A DNA stretch of 44,360 nucleotides from Synechococcus sp. (GCA_051439425.1 JBFRWD010000043.1:1-44360); one strand, 5' to 3'. Shown: positions 29,339-40,693, counted from the stretch's first letter. Numbers and translations: made by a program. The notes: generated by a model from the sequence alone, not told the origin.

Positions 29339-30169
29339 ATGCGGTTGTGGTGCATTCACGGCAACTTGCAAACACCCAACGTTTGGCAACAGATTGGCGA
29401 TCGCTGGTGGGAGTCAGTCTGGAGTGGCCAGGTCAAACTTGAATGTGTGGATCTGTGGGCAGAAAAGACCGCAGATTTCCAGTACGCAGATCTCCAACAC
29501 ACAGAACTCCAGCACATAGAACTCCAGCACACAGAACTCCAGCACACAGAACTCCAGCATTGGGCGCAGGAGTTCTGCAGGCGAGTCCAGAGCCACGCCT
29601 TAACTGGGGAATCTCAGTGGTTGCTGGGCTATTCGTTAGGAGGACGACTGGCGTTCCATGCCTTATTGAATTCCCCAGAGGTGTGGGCAGGGGGAATCGC
29701 GATTGCTGCCGATCCTGGCATCAAGTCTGGTCCAGAGAATCAAAGGGTGCGGGAACAGTGCCTGCACCGCGATCGGGAATGGGGGCAACGTTTTTTGCGC
29801 GAACCGTGGGACAGGTTATTGCAAGATTGGGATCGCCAAGCAGTATTTGCGGGGTACAAGTGTGGGATTGAACGTCTGGAAACGGCTTTCGATCGCCATC
29901 GCATTGCCCAACTATTCGACAGCTTCTCAAAAGGACGGCAAGCGGACTTGTGGCCAGCGCTGGCGCAACTCGATCGTCCGCCAATTCTGTACATCTCGGG
30001 ACAGGACGATTTGAAGTACAGCACCATTGGGGCGGAACTGGCCGAGTGCTGTTCTACGGTTACTCACGCAAGTGTTCCTGCGGCTGGCCATCGCGTTCCG
30101 TGGGAAAACTCGGCAGGCTTTGTCCGAGCGATCGCCCAGTTTGTCCGGTCACAGCCCCAGAGCGGCTAA
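29339..30169 (+). CDS. Alpha/beta hydrolase, MenH (SHCHC synthase)-like
   Basis: IHG oxyanion motif, GYSLGGRLA nucleophile elbow, PG, GQDDLKY and AGHRVPWE. Confidence 0.75.
   Translation: MRLWCIHGNLQTPNVWQQIGDRWWESVWSGQVKLECVDLWAEKTADFQYADLQHTELQHIELQHTELQHTELQHWAQEFCRRVQSHALTGESQWLLGYSLGGRLAFHALLNSPEVWAGGIAIAADPGIKSGPENQRVREQCLHRDREWGQRFLREPWDRLLQDWDRQAVFAGYKCGIERLETAFDRHRIAQLFDSFSKGRQADLWPALAQLDRPPILYISGQDDLKYSTIGAELAECCSTVTHASVPAAGHRVPWENSAGFVRAIAQFVRSQPQSG
29471..29560 (+). repeat. In-frame 15-bp tandem repeat, six units
   Basis: GCAGATTTCCAGTAC, GCAGATCTCCAACAC, ACAGAACTCCAGCAC, ATAGAACTCCAGCAC, ACAGAACTCCAGCAC, ACAGAACTCCAGCAT, encoding ADFQY ADLQH TELQH IELQH TELQH TELQH. Confidence 0.95.
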
Positions 30170-31842
30170 GACCTATCAGCCTCTGCGAGTTTGGGCGCTA
30201 CCAATACAAACTCGTCGGTGCGATCCAGCTCTACAGCTCCGGCTTCTTCAAATTGCGGCCACAATCCGCGATCGACCAACACAGGTCCGTCAGCCCATTG
30301 CCGTTGTAGCTGGGTTGGGCTGGCCGGTAACACTCGGCAGTGACAGTAGAAATTTAAGGAGGGACGTCCGTACCCAAAAGATGTGTAAATCGTGGCATTG
30401 GGGGAAACATGCGATCTCAGCATGTCGGCAACCGGTATGACCTCGAAGGTTTCGTTCAACTCCCACAGCCATTCCCCCGAAAGCATGAGTAAGAGCAGAC
30501 TGATATACGTCCCAAGGAGAAAGACAGAGACAAAGCTGCGTCGTCGCTGCCACAGTAGTCGGGCCGTCATTGCCAACGTCAGACATAGTGCCACTCCCAT
30601 CAGTGGTAACCACGGCTGACCTCCACCATCGACGGTCAGATACACCGTTCCCGCTGCGGCTGCAGCCCCAACCACGGCAAACGCGATCGGCCATCCTCGC
30701 CCCAGCTTGGCTGAATTCCGCCACATCCAATCCAAGCCCCGGCCCACAGCCAGAGCGATAAACGGATAGGCAGGCATGATGTACCAAGGCAGCTTGGTTC
30801 CCATCATTGAAATCAACCCCAGATATCCAATGGTTCCTAACCAAACCAGCGACCCCCAAGCAGACCGCCACTCTTGCCAAGCCAATCGCAACCCCAACGG
30901 CCACACCACCAGCAACGGCCATCCATACTTCAACAGCTCCAGCAGGTAGTACCAAGGAGGGCCAGCATGCTGCTCCACCGAGTCGGAAACGCGATTGAGC
31001 CCCTGAGATAAAAAGTGGGTGCGCCAAAACTGGCCACCATATCGGTAAAACTGGGCGCCGTACCAAGCAGATAGCACCCCAAGGCCCAATCCCAACCCCA
31101 CGTACAGCCAGGAATTACGCAGATACGGAATCAGCCTAGAAATAACGAATCGGTTTTCTCGCAGCAGCAACCACACCATCCAAGCAACAGCGATCGCCCC
31201 CAACGGTACAGCCAATAGCCCTTTGGTTAGTCCCAACCAACCCAAACCCAGTCCGATGCCGACCGCCCAGTGTTCACCCCCTGTCCGAGTGCTGCGCGCA
31301 ACACACAGCAGTACCAGCAGAAACGCGGTGACAGACATCCCATCCAGCATGAGTAAACGTCCGTGGCGGGCAACGGGCAACAGAATGAGAAACGCACTAG
31401 CGGAGAGCAGGGCTGTCAAGCGGCGAGCAAACAGCGATCGCCCCAGAGCAAACAGCAGGGGAATACCTAGAGAAGAGGCAATTGCTCCCGGTAGTCGAGC
31501 CACCCACTCATTAACGCCAAACGTACGAAACCCCAGTGCCACCAACCAATCCATTAGCGGTGGTTTGAGCATGTAGGGGTGTCCGAATGCTGTTGGGTGC
31601 AGCCAGTGGTTCGTTTCCGCAATTTCTCGCGCCACCAAGGCCCGCGTTCCTTCATCCCAATCTCGTAAGGGCACATCCCCCAGAGCTAGGCAATATAGCA
31701 AGCCTGCCGCCAACGCCAAGCCCAATACCCACAGCCAATCGCGTTCCGAAAACTCATCTCGACCAGAAACTTTAGCACCGGAAAGCCACCCATTGGAAGC
31801 ATTTGCTCCGCCCGTTTTAGCCGAGGGATCGCTCTTTGACAT
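30166..31842 (-). CDS. ArnT/PMT-like GT-C glycosyltransferase (family 39/83)
   Basis: LRDWDEG, KPPL, ARLP, LTKG, HAGPPWYY and TKLPWYIMP, with many TM helices. Confidence 0.9.
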   Translation of the reverse strand: MSKSDPSAKTGGANASNGWLSGAKVSGRDEFSERDWLWVLGLALAAGLLYCLALGDVPLRDWDEGTRALVAREIAETNHWLHPTAFGHPYMLKPPLMDWLVALGFRTFGVNEWVARLPGAIASSLGIPLLFALGRSLFARRLTALLSASAFLILLPVARHGRLLMLDGMSVTAFLLVLLCVARSTRTGGEHWAVGIGLGLGWLGLTKGLLAVPLGAIAVAWMVWLLLRENRFVISRLIPYLRNSWLYVGLGLGLGVLSAWYGAQFYRYGGQFWRTHFLSQGLNRVSDSVEQHAGPPWYYLLELLKYGWPLLVVWPLGLRLAWQEWRSAWGSLVWLGTIGYLGLISMMGTKLPWYIMPAYPFIALAVGRGLDWMWRNSAKLGRGWPIAFAVVGAAAAAGTVYLTVDGGGQPWLPLMGVALCLTLAMTARLLWQRRRSFVSVFLLGTYISLLLLMLSGEWLWELNETFEVIPVADMLRSHVSPNATIYTSFGYGRPSLNFYCHCRVLPASPTQLQRQWADGPVLVDRGLWPQFEEAGAVELDRTDEFVLVAPKLAEADRS

Positions 31843-32058
31843 GCTGTTGAGACCGGGCGGGTTAGAAGCCACGCAATACCTCACATACTTATATCGATGA
31901 ATTAGGGTACTGAAGTCCCGAAGCCTCCTTTTTCTCAGTGTTATAGCAGTGGCCATACCACTGCGGACATAACAGCTATGTCAAACCCTAACTGTGATTG
32001 AAAACTATTGTCATAACTGAAATGGCAAACACTGTATTCGCGGCAATCGCATACGCCA

Positions 32059-32092
32059 AATCCGCCGCGACCATGCCAGTCAGCGGCGGATT
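32059..32092 (-). terminator. Hairpin downstream of rpmB
   Basis: AATCCGCCGC...GCGGCGGATT. Confidence 0.55.
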
Positions 32093-32117
32093 AAAAAGCT
32101 TGTTGCTGCAGGGACGT

Positions 32118-32354
32118 TTAGTATGCGTTCAGATCGATACCGGCTTCGCGAGCCATCGCAGCCAGACCTTTCTTTTTCAGGGTCTTGATGGCTTTGGTAG
32201 ACAGGCGCAACCGAACAAACCGCTTACCTTCTTCCCACCACACGCGCTTATTCTGCAGGTTGGCTTCCTGCATCTTCTTGGTGCGACGGTGCGAGTGAGA
32301 TACCGCGAAGGCGTTGTTGCCCTTTTTGTTGGTGAGATCGCAATGGCGCGGCAT
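32118..32354 (-). CDS. rpmB: 50S ribosomal protein L28
   Basis: [30 protein letters not shown]...[11 protein letters not shown]. Confidence 0.97.
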   Translation of the reverse strand: MPRHCDLTNKKGNNAFAVSHSHRRTKKMQEANLQNKRVWWEEGKRFVRLRLSTKAIKTLKKKGLAAMAREAGIDLNAY

Positions 32355-32445
32355 GGTTTCGACGGTCTTCGTAACAGCCCAACTAGTCTAAACGATGACT
32401 CGGATTTACAGCAACTACTTTTTTGGGAAAACGTGCGGAGTAGCT

Positions 32446-32787
32446 CTACTTCACGAGTAAAGAGTCCAGCACGTTCGCTTGAAATTCGTGCAGTGCAGTC
32501 TTCATGCTCTCGAATACCTGCTGGCAATGATTGACTTCTTGCAGGGGCAGCTCTTGGTTTTTGACCACGCAGGTGAGTTCCATTTCCCCACTCGCTTTCG
32601 CGTCCAGATACATCTCAACTGTCACTAATTGGGACAGGGGAACATTGCCAGTCTGCTCTCGTGCCACCCAATAGACAGGGCTGTCGTACAGCATGTCGAA
32701 CTGGCGACGACCGAGCAAGTCTTGAAGGTCGTGTTTCACCTCGTAACGCTCTGTTGGTAACGTTATGACGCAAGAATAGTGGCTCAT
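32446..32787 (-). CDS. Conserved cyanobacterial hypothetical protein
   Basis: MSHYSC..., VAREQTGNVPLSQLVTVE and VVKNQELPLQEVNHCQQVF resemble a cyanobacteria-specific family (recalled, not searched). Confidence 0.75.
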   Translation of the reverse strand: MSHYSCVITLPTERYEVKHDLQDLLGRRQFDMLYDSPVYWVAREQTGNVPLSQLVTVEMYLDAKASGEMELTCVVKNQELPLQEVNHCQQVFESMKTALHEFQANVLDSLLVK

Positions 32788-33151
32788 TTTAATACCCCGA
32801 CGCTCAATGGATATCAAGATGCTCAACTCACCACATGCAGCATGCTTCGATCGCGATCGCGGTTCGTGCTGGCTACCAGTGGATGCAGGTTCAAGCAATC
32901 CAATGGTTCCCGCAGGGTAGACAAATTTTTAAGCGAAATCCTCGTGGAAAATAACAGCTTTGTAGCAATAGCGAATCGCTACGAAGCTTCTTAGCTAGAT
33001 AAGAGTGTTCGGCAAGTAAGCCCCAGCAACGAGCCAAGAGCAGTCACTGCCTGTAGTTACGCCGTTCGCGGAGCGATTGATAATGCGGTACTTTCTGACC
33101 GAGTGAACGGAGGTATCAACTCGTTAATTTTTCCGAAGCTCCGCAGGGCTG

Positions 33152-35539
33152 TTACATGTCGTCAAGTCGAGCGGTTCGCAACGTTAACGAATTCCAAATC
33201 ACATTTAGAGAGCTGAAGGCCATGGCAATTTCCGCCATGATGGGATGGAGCAAACCACAAGCGGCGATCGGCAATGCAATCAGGTTGTAGATCGAAGCCC
33301 ATCCCAGATTCTGCTTGATTTTGCGGAAGGTGAATCGAGCCAACGTCATCGCTTCTGCAACCGCGACCAAATCTCCACGGACTAACGCCAGATCGGCGGC
33401 CTCGATTGCAATATCGGTCCCTGTGCCCAGGGCAATTCCAACATCCGCTTGCTTGAGCGCCGGGGCATCGTTGATGCCATCTCCCACCATTGCGACGACT
33501 TCGCCGCTAGCTTGCAGTTCCTGAACCCAAGCAATTTTGTCGGCGGGCAGCATTCCAGCTTTGACCCGATCGATACCGGCTCGCTGCGCGATCGCCTCTG
33601 CCGCCCGTGGGTTATCCCCCGTTAGCATCGCCACCTGGAGTCCGCGCCGTTTGAGCTGCGCGATCGCTTGTGCGGACTCTGGTTTGAGCGGATCGGCGAT
33701 TGCAATTGCCCCCAAGCAAGCTCCATCCAATCCCACGATCGCTACCGTTTGACCTTGTTCTTCCCACCCAGCAATCGTTTCGGCGAGATGAGGCATTTCG
33801 ACACCAGTCAAATGCTCGGCAGCATATCTAGGATTGGCCACTAAGATGTCACGATCGCCAACAGTTGCTCGAATTCCACACCCGGCGATCGCCTGCATTC
33901 CCTGGACTTCAGGCAACTCTATCTGTTGCTGGCTGGAGTATTCGACAATCGCTTGCGCCAAGGGATGTTCCGACAATCGCTCTGCCGCTGCCGCCCACTT
34001 GAGCACATCGGCTTGCTGCTCTACAGGCCAAATCTGTTGAACGCTAGGCTTGGCTTGCGTCAGCGTACCAGTTTTATCGAACACCACAGTGGTGACGGAC
34101 TGCAGAGTTTGCAAGGCTTCGCCATTGCGAATCAAGATGCCACGCTCTGCCCCTTTTCCGGCACCCACCATCAGAGCCATCGGTGTCGCCAACCCCAAGG
34201 CACAAGGGCATGCCACCACCAACACCGCGATCGTGTTGAATGCTGCCAATGACAATGGAGATAAATCGGCATTGACCCAGGGCAGCACAGTTGCAGCCGA
34301 TCGCGCGAATTGCCCCAACGGTTCAGCGGCCACCGTCCAAACAGAAAAGGTGGTCAGTGCCAGTGCTAGAACGACCGGGACAAAATATCCCGTCACACGA
34401 TCGGCTAGCTGCTGCACCGGCACCTTACTGCCCTGGGCTTCTTGCACCAATCGAATCATCTGGGCCAAAAATGTATTGCGTCCAGTACGTGTCACTGCGA
34501 CAACTAGCGTCCCCTGCTGATTGACTGTGGCTCCGATCGCTCGATCGCCCATCGATTTCTCCACCGGCATCGATTCACCGGTGGCGATCGCCTCGTTTAC
34601 GCTGGAACGACCGGCCACAACGCGACCGTCTGCAGGAATCACCTCTCCGGGTTTAACCAGTAAGCGATCGCCCACTTGCACCACCTGAATGGGCACATCT
34701 ACGGCATCTGCGATCGCCCAATCGCTTAATTCATCAAACTCTTCGCCATCTCCACTCGCACCTGCGCCAGCCTCTTGCTCGTTGTCCCGCTCGGGCAAGG
34801 TTGGCAATAAGTGGGCCTGCTTGACCTGCAATCCTGCCAGACGTTCGATCGCCTGCGATGCCTTGCCTCTAGCTCGTTTATCCAAATAGCGACTGAGGAG
34901 GTGAAACGCCATCACCATTGCCGCCACTTCCACAAACACGGTCACTTCGGGAACCGCCAGCAAGCCGATGAGGTACGTGGGGATAGTGCCCAAGCTAATG
35001 AGGACATCCATGTTGGGAGCTTTGCGACGGATAGCTGCCCAGCTTTGTCGATGGGTGAACCAACCCGCGACAAACACAACGGGAAATGCCAGCACTAACG
35101 CCAGGACGTGATGGTGAATGTTGTGGGGCATGTCGCGGCTCATGCAGTACAGCATCACCCCCATGAGGATTGCCGAGGGGACTGCTGCTAACAGGAAGCG
35201 ATTTCGAGCCTCTCGAATTCCCTGTTGGTGGTTGTCTTGCAAAATCTGTATTGCTGTTTCAGCGTCGGTTGGAGTGGCTGAAAATCCGCTGTCGTTGACA
35301 GCTTGTACCAATCCCTCCACCGTAGTTTTCTGAGGATCGAACACTACCCTAGCCTGCTCTGCAGCAAGGTTAACTTCAGCTAGAGAAACCCCCGGAATTT
35401 GGCTCAAAGTTTGGCTAACACTGGACGAGCAGCCCGCGCAGCTCATCCCACCAATCTGCAATTGCACTGCCTCACTCCTCGCGTCCTTCGAAGGTGGCAC
35501 TGGCTGCTCGGTGGATGAGTAAGAAAGGGTAGTGGTCAT
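33152..35539 (-). CDS. Cu(I)-translocating P1B-type ATPase (CopA/PacS-like)
   Basis: [41 protein letters not shown], and TM YN and MAFSS copper ligands. Confidence 0.95.
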   Translation of the reverse strand: MTTTLSYSSTEQPVPPSKDARSEAVQLQIGGMSCAGCSSSVSQTLSQIPGVSLAEVNLAAEQARVVFDPQKTTVEGLVQAVNDSGFSATPTDAETAIQILQDNHQQGIREARNRFLLAAVPSAILMGVMLYCMSRDMPHNIHHHVLALVLAFPVVFVAGWFTHRQSWAAIRRKAPNMDVLISLGTIPTYLIGLLAVPEVTVFVEVAAMVMAFHLLSRYLDKRARGKASQAIERLAGLQVKQAHLLPTLPERDNEQEAGAGASGDGEEFDELSDWAIADAVDVPIQVVQVGDRLLVKPGEVIPADGRVVAGRSSVNEAIATGESMPVEKSMGDRAIGATVNQQGTLVVAVTRTGRNTFLAQMIRLVQEAQGSKVPVQQLADRVTGYFVPVVLALALTTFSVWTVAAEPLGQFARSAATVLPWVNADLSPLSLAAFNTIAVLVVACPCALGLATPMALMVGAGKGAERGILIRNGEALQTLQSVTTVVFDKTGTLTQAKPSVQQIWPVEQQADVLKWAAAAERLSEHPLAQAIVEYSSQQQIELPEVQGMQAIAGCGIRATVGDRDILVANPRYAAEHLTGVEMPHLAETIAGWEEQGQTVAIVGLDGACLGAIAIADPLKPESAQAIAQLKRRGLQVAMLTGDNPRAAEAIAQRAGIDRVKAGMLPADKIAWVQELQASGEVVAMVGDGINDAPALKQADVGIALGTGTDIAIEAADLALVRGDLVAVAEAMTLARFTFRKIKQNLGWASIYNLIALPIAACGLLHPIMAEIAMAFSSLNVIWNSLTLRTARLDDM

Positions 35540-35590
35540 GGCAAGGGTTGAAACGGGGATTGTAATTGAGCAATATGCACGAATGGCTCG

Positions 35591-35643
35591 TCAGGCTTGC
35601 TATGAGGGAGTCACTAGGCTGCCAATGACGACAGCAAGTCTGA
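35591..35643. repeat. Intergenic inverted-repeat element, copy 3
   Basis: TCAGGCTTGCT (35591-35601) ... AGCAAGTCTGA (35633-35643). Confidence 0.6.
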
Positions 35644-36061
35644 GCACGAGCAAGTACCCATCACTTCGTTACTGACAGAACATTAGTGCAGGGAAAACGC
35701 ACATGCCTTTGTAATGAAACCAGCAGGATGTGCCAATCCTAGCTGCGTCGATGACTTCGAGTCGATAGGGGCAACGTTGTTGCTGCCTCAGCATAGTTCA
35801 GGGTGCCGCAACAATCGGGCAGCTGCTGGAGAGTTGCGAAGTCGGCTGCTGTTTGAAACAGGTGGGGAGCGGGCATCTTGGGAGGCAGATATCTTCCAAA
35901 CTTAATCTTCCAAATTACTTATTCATCTCTCCAGTTCGTTCACTAGACTTGCAGTAATCTCGTGGCGGGCAACCTGCAAGCAAAACTGCGTTCCCCCTCC
36001 ACCCGCTCCCCATTGACCGCCGATATAGTTGGCTTGGCTAGTTTCCCTATAGGAGTCATTC

Positions 36062-36763
36062 ATGCGTTGCAATCGTTCCGCCTTTGCCCTCATAGCCGCT
36101 GCGATCGCCAGTTTGACCGCTGGCAGCGCTCAGGCCGCCGAGGAACTCATTATCACGGCGGGGCCAGCCACGCGTTCCGTGCAAATTGACGAGTTGGCTG
36201 CCTATGCGGCAACTGGAGAAACTAGCCGTCAACTGCAAGTGTATTTTGACGAGTACGTGGGGGAAGAGGGAGCCAAAGGCATTCGCAAGGCGCTGAATCT
36301 CACACTGCAGGTGGACTTTGTGCCGTTTACTCGCTACCTGCGTTCGGAGGGGGGCTCTTGCTTCTTGGGCCAAGTCAGCCGCATGTTGAGACCGGCGACC
36401 AGCAATATTGACGCCACTCAGGCATTGAGAGCGGGGTTGATTAACTCTGCAGCTCCTGACGGTAATTTGACTCTGATCGAATTTTTCCAGACCTATCCCA
36501 ACCGCCAAATTTACATCGACCAAGAACAGCTATCCGGGAGCGGCGAAGAGTCGGAAGCGCTCCGCACCATGTTCAGAGAAGTACTGGTGGCATCTGGCCT
36601 GCCTTTGGATGAAGGTGGTGAAGGGTTCGAGGTATTCGACACCAATACAGAGGATGAATTTTCCGGAGTCGTGATACCACTGGTGGATGTTGATTACGAG
36701 CTGCTGGCGGACAATTCTGTCGAGATGATTTGCGGAGCGCGGTTTCAGCAAGAGGAATCGTAA
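36062..36763 (+). CDS. Secreted DUF1400-like protein with acidic tail
   Basis: Signal peptide ending AQA-AEEL, SVQIDELAAYAATG, and ALRAGLINSA...LTLIEFFQTYP...IYID. Confidence 0.75.
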   Translation: MRCNRSAFALIAAAIASLTAGSAQAAEELIITAGPATRSVQIDELAAYAATGETSRQLQVYFDEYVGEEGAKGIRKALNLTLQVDFVPFTRYLRSEGGSCFLGQVSRMLRPATSNIDATQALRAGLINSAAPDGNLTLIEFFQTYPNRQIYIDQEQLSGSGEESEALRTMFREVLVASGLPLDEGGEGFEVFDTNTEDEFSGVVIPLVDVDYELLADNSVEMICGARFQQEES

Positions 36764-36824
36764 CCGGAACAATCTTTGGCAACTGTCGCCCCGTTAAGTT
36801 CAGTCGTACTTAGTCCAGTAGCAC

Positions 36825-37640
36825 TCAGGCATAAAAGTGACCGATCGGCCCCTGACCCTGACCGATCGCCAGAGCATTGGCGATTGCTCGAGTGACAAAT
36901 CGTTTGGAACGCTGGACGGCATCAAATGGGGGGAAATCTTGAGCGAGGTGAGCGGCGATCGCCGCCGATAGCGTACAACCGGTGCCGTGTGTGTTGGGGG
37001 TATCGATTGGGGTGGTGACAACGACCTCTAGGCGATCGCCGTCAAACCAGACATCAGTCCCCCTCACGTCACCGTACATCCCTCCCCCTTTGACCAAGAC
37101 AGCTTTGGGGCCCAGCTTGTGAATGCGAGCAGCAGCGTTTTTCATGTCATCGAGGGTGACAATTTCCATGTCCGCCAGAATTTGGGCCTCGTATCGATTC
37201 GGGGTCACCACATCGGCTAGCGGAACAATACGTTCGCGCATCGCGTTAATGGCATTATCTGCCAGTAGCTTTGCCCCCGCTCGAGATACCATCACGGGGT
37301 CGACAACAATATTGGCGAGACCGCGCTGTTCCATTGCAGTGGCAACAGCCTCGATGATGGCGAGCTCGAACAACATACCGGTTTTGAGCGACTGAATCCC
37401 CATATCATCGACAACTGCTGCGATCTGGGCGATAACAGCCTCGGGTGGCAACGCATCCACTCGGGTGACCCCCAACGTATTTTGGGCGGTGACACAAGTG
37501 ATGGCACTGGTGCCATGGACGCGATGGAGGGCAAAAGTGCGCAAGTCTGCTTGAATGCCAGCACCACCGCCGCTATCTGAGCCTGCAATGGTGAGAGCAA
37601 TGGGAGGTGTGCGATCGGTAGCAGGAAGTCCGGCAGCCAT
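36825..37640 (-). CDS. thiD: Hydroxymethylpyrimidine/phosphomethylpyrimidine kinase
   Basis: LTIAGSDSGGGAGIQADL, TAQNT, KTGML, VVDPVM, TPNRYEA and NTHGTGCT. Confidence 0.97.
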   Translation of the reverse strand: MAAGLPATDRTPPIALTIAGSDSGGGAGIQADLRTFALHRVHGTSAITCVTAQNTLGVTRVDALPPEAVIAQIAAVVDDMGIQSLKTGMLFELAIIEAVATAMEQRGLANIVVDPVMVSRAGAKLLADNAINAMRERIVPLADVVTPNRYEAQILADMEIVTLDDMKNAAARIHKLGPKAVLVKGGGMYGDVRGTDVWFDGDRLEVVVTTPIDTPNTHGTGCTLSAAIAAHLAQDFPPFDAVQRSKRFVTRAIANALAIGQGQGPIGHFYA

Positions 37641-37875
37641 ACAGTGTTTCGAAGAACGCGAGCCTGTCATTAACTGTAGTCGGTTGCCGAGAAGCAGCAA
37701 TCCCCAGATGGGAACCGGTTAGCTGATACCCCCGCCTACTTCCATGTGAACCGACGAATGAATCGATTCTCCACCAAACGCTCCAGAAAAAAAAGAGCGA
37801 TTCTAGATCGAGCCCCTATCTCCATTAACCTGGATGGTAGTAGGTACAAATATGTCTTGGAGCTAGGCAACAACA

Positions 37876-38064
37876 ATGGATCGATCGAAGTTGGTGGCGG
37901 TTTTTACCGGTGCGATTGCGTTACTGCTGAGTGTTGGGTATCTATTGCTGGTCCAATTGCTCGATTTTCGAGGAGAATTCAAACCCGCCCCGATCGATAT
38001 CTCCACCCTTTCCGTTGATGTCGTTAGCACTTTGGGTCAGCTGCTAAACCATTGGCATCTGTAG
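37876..38064 (+). CDS. Conserved small cyanobacterial membrane protein
   Basis: MDRSKLVAVFTGAIALLLSVGYLLLVQLLDFRGEFKPAP, one TM helix. Confidence 0.75.
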   Translation: MDRSKLVAVFTGAIALLLSVGYLLLVQLLDFRGEFKPAPIDISTLSVDVVSTLGQLLNHWHL

Positions 38065-38127
38065 TGAAATCTAGGGAGATTTCAACAACTTGTCCTGACA
38101 GATCCGAAGCCTACCAACAACTCACGG

Positions 38128-38349
38128 CTAGTCAGCGTCATGATTGGCACCACCAGTCCGAAGGATAAATAGTCGAATAACGACAATTGTCGCAGGGAGC
38201 AACACAAGTGCAAGCGCGATCGCCGAGTTATTCGGTACGTGCAGATAAGGGCCGCCATACTTAATTGCGACTGAAATGACCAGTGTCAGTACCGCCAACT
38301 TCAACACGTAGGTTGCTGCTTGCTGGAAGGCCGTAGATTCCGTCACCAT
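38128..38349 (-). CDS. Small two-TM hypothetical protein
   Basis: LKLAVLTLVISVAIKYGGP...ALALVLLP. Confidence 0.7.
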   Translation of the reverse strand: MVTESTAFQQAATYVLKLAVLTLVISVAIKYGGPYLHVPNNSAIALALVLLPATIVVIRLFILRTGGANHDAD

Positions 38350-38520
38350 AAGTTCAAATTCGACATAGCGCTTACTATAGCCTTTGGCAATCAGCTATGA
38401 AGAACTCTCTCGCGATGTTTCCTGGGAAATCTAAGGATTTGAGCGGTCTCTGCACTCCAGTCCCTACAGCGGATTGCTATATATTAATGTCGCTGGAAAC
38501 GGGACATCTACATCGATTCG

Positions 38521-39399
38521 CTACCCCACGGAAGATGGCGCTTCTTTCGAGGCCACAGGAGGGGAAGAAGCATCGGAACGCGCGGGCAGTAAGGCATTGC
38601 TAAATGCAACCCAATCAGAAACGGTCAGTGCTTCTGCGCGACTGAGAGGGTCTCGCCCGATCGCCTCTAGAGCCGCATATACTGCTTGCTTGTCAACCAG
38701 AGACTGTAGGGCATTTCCCAACGTTTTTCGGCGAGTGGCAAATCCTTGGCGAATTAACACCGACAGCCACCGTGCATCTTTAGGCACCGCTTCGTGCTGG
38801 TGTGGAGTCAATCGAATGATGGCCGATTCTACTTTGGGCGGCGGTTGAAATGCAGTTCTAGGCACTGTCCGCAGGACTTCGCACTTTGCCAAAAACTGCG
38901 TGCGCACTGACATTGCTCCGTATGCCTTCGTTCCCACTTCTGCACAAAGGCGATCGCCAATCTCCTTCTGTACCAAAAGAACAATGGTGGAAAACTGGCG
39001 CACAGGTGACTCAGGCGAGCCCAAGACTTTTTCCAAGATCGGGCTCGTGATGTTGTACGGAATATTGGCCACAACCATTTGCCCTTCCTTTGGCAACGGC
39101 TGCCGAAGAAAATCCCCCTCAACAAGCGTAAATCGGTCTTCGGAGCCGAAATTTTTGCGCAGGACGGTGCACAAATCGCGATCGAGCTCGTACGCTAATA
39201 CTCGCGCTCCTGCAGCCAGTAAGCGACGACTCAATTTCCCCGTCCCAGGACCAATTTCCACTACACAAGGGCTGTCTTCTGGTAGCGCGGCTCTCCCCGC
39301 CATTGCTTCCAAACTTAATCCCGATGCTCCCACCATGGCTCGATGCACGCTACTGTCTTTCAGCCAATGCTGGCCAAAGCGCTTACGAGGGCGAGGCAT
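38521..39399 (-). CDS. rsmA: 16S rRNA m6,2A dimethyltransferase
   Basis: PRKRFGQHWL, EIGPGTG, VANIPYNIT, QKE, FQPPPKVES and RRKTL. Confidence 0.97.
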   Translation of the reverse strand: MPRPRKRFGQHWLKDSSVHRAMVGASGLSLEAMAGRAALPEDSPCVVEIGPGTGKLSRRLLAAGARVLAYELDRDLCTVLRKNFGSEDRFTLVEGDFLRQPLPKEGQMVVANIPYNITSPILEKVLGSPESPVRQFSTIVLLVQKEIGDRLCAEVGTKAYGAMSVRTQFLAKCEVLRTVPRTAFQPPPKVESAIIRLTPHQHEAVPKDARWLSVLIRQGFATRRKTLGNALQSLVDKQAVYAALEAIGRDPLSRAEALTVSDWVAFSNALLPARSDASSPPVASKEAPSSVG

Positions 39400-39606
39400 A
39401 ACCAAAACTCCAGAGGACGGAATTTAAGACTAGCCTGTAGGGGAGCAGGGATGCTCGCTCGGCAGAATTTGTCGACGATCTCGCCGGCAAACACTCGTAC
39501 ACAGAATCACTACCTGGGACTTGAAGTCAGGGTGAACGAGTTCGGAGATTGCCCGCATGACTGGCACCCCCCCATTTTGTGGTCCTAGCAGGTGCTAACT
39601 GGAACC

Positions 39607-40371
39607 TTAACCAAGGTCGCTGATGGCAGGCTCCATTAATTCTGGAGCCAAGGGGGAATTCGAAGATGGGTGTAAATGCATCCCCGCGATCTGAATAAAT
39701 GGCTTTGAGTGGCCTAAGAGCTCTGCATTACCACCAAATTCGGCCATCCACCTTTCCGCCACCATTTGCTCGGGTTCTCTGCCTGCATCGTCAAGCAAAA
39801 CGACAGTATCTGCAGAGAGGCGATCGCTCATAACTGGAAGCAACCCAAAGCGACCTCCTTGGGGACGAGCTGAAGGACCATCGCAGATGACGAGATCGAA
39901 GGTTGGCATGACCTCGATCGGTGGAGCATACCAATCAAACTCCCCATAACACTTCAAGGGGGCGGTGAATAGTGTGACGGAGTCAACTGCGTACCGCTCC
40001 AAACAGAACTGGACTCGATTCCCCCAGGTGGGAACATGCTCTAATGACCAGTGTGCAAGCCCTCTCTGTTTGGCAATTGCCCCCACCAATATGGTTGACA
40101 ACCCAGAACCACATTCTAGGATGGGGCCATTCATAGCTAGTGCATGCTCCATGCAAGCGACCAAGTACTCATCTGAAGCACTCCAATGTTCATTCCCCCA
40201 GCCGTAAATCAAATCAGCAATAATTGGATCGCCAATTCGGATATGGCGTTCGGGCGCACTCAAAAAAGCTTTCATAGCGCATTGAAATATGTAAGCGCGA
40301 TGAATTTGCTTTGGAAAGCGACGAACTGATTTGGGCATTACCCGTTTCGCTACGTTGAGCAGTTGATTCAC
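39607..40371 (-). CDS. Class I SAM-dependent methyltransferase-like protein
   Basis: ILECGSGLST, SLEH, FDLVICDGP and VVLLDD. Confidence 0.75.
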   Translation of the reverse strand: MNQLLNVAKRVMPKSVRRFPKQIHRAYIFQCAMKAFLSAPERHIRIGDPIIADLIYGWGNEHWSASDEYLVACMEHALAMNGPILECGSGLSTILVGAIAKQRGLAHWSLEHVPTWGNRVQFCLERYAVDSVTLFTAPLKCYGEFDWYAPPIEVMPTFDLVICDGPSARPQGGRFGLLPVMSDRLSADTVVLLDDAGREPEQMVAERWMAEFGGNAELLGHSKPFIQIAGMHLHPSSNSPLAPELMEPAISDLG

Positions 40372-40693
40372 AAAACACCTCAGCTACGTAAAGTTTTTTT
40401 CCTCTTATGCTCAAACTCTAGAAAATCTCACGATGAGCAATAGCTACATCCAGTACATAGAACACCGTTCCGTACGTACTGTGAAAAATGCAGCATGACA
40501 AAGTCTTCGAAAATGTATCTTCTAAGACAATATGCGCAATCTCACGAGTTCCTAATGTGATTCGAAGTATGAGGAAAAAGGAGCAGTATTAGCTCACAGA
40601 TATCTAAATGAAGTCAGTTTGTCGCAAAGGAGCTGAGAACAGAATTATCGACCCCCATTCCTAGATAGAAACAACATTCGAAAGGAGTTATTT

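Noticed and set aside
29471..29560. Short repeats as a CRISPR array
   Set aside because: The units are contiguous 15-mers with no spacers, lie in frame within a CDS, and there are no cas genes.
35714..35905. Short Cys-containing ORFs upstream of the Cu-ATPase as a metallochaperone
   Set aside because: There is no MxCxxC motif and no convincing RBS on either strand.
37641..37875. TPP riboswitch upstream of thiD
   Set aside because: The conserved CTGAGA and AACCTGA...GGGA elements are not found in proper order on the thiD strand.
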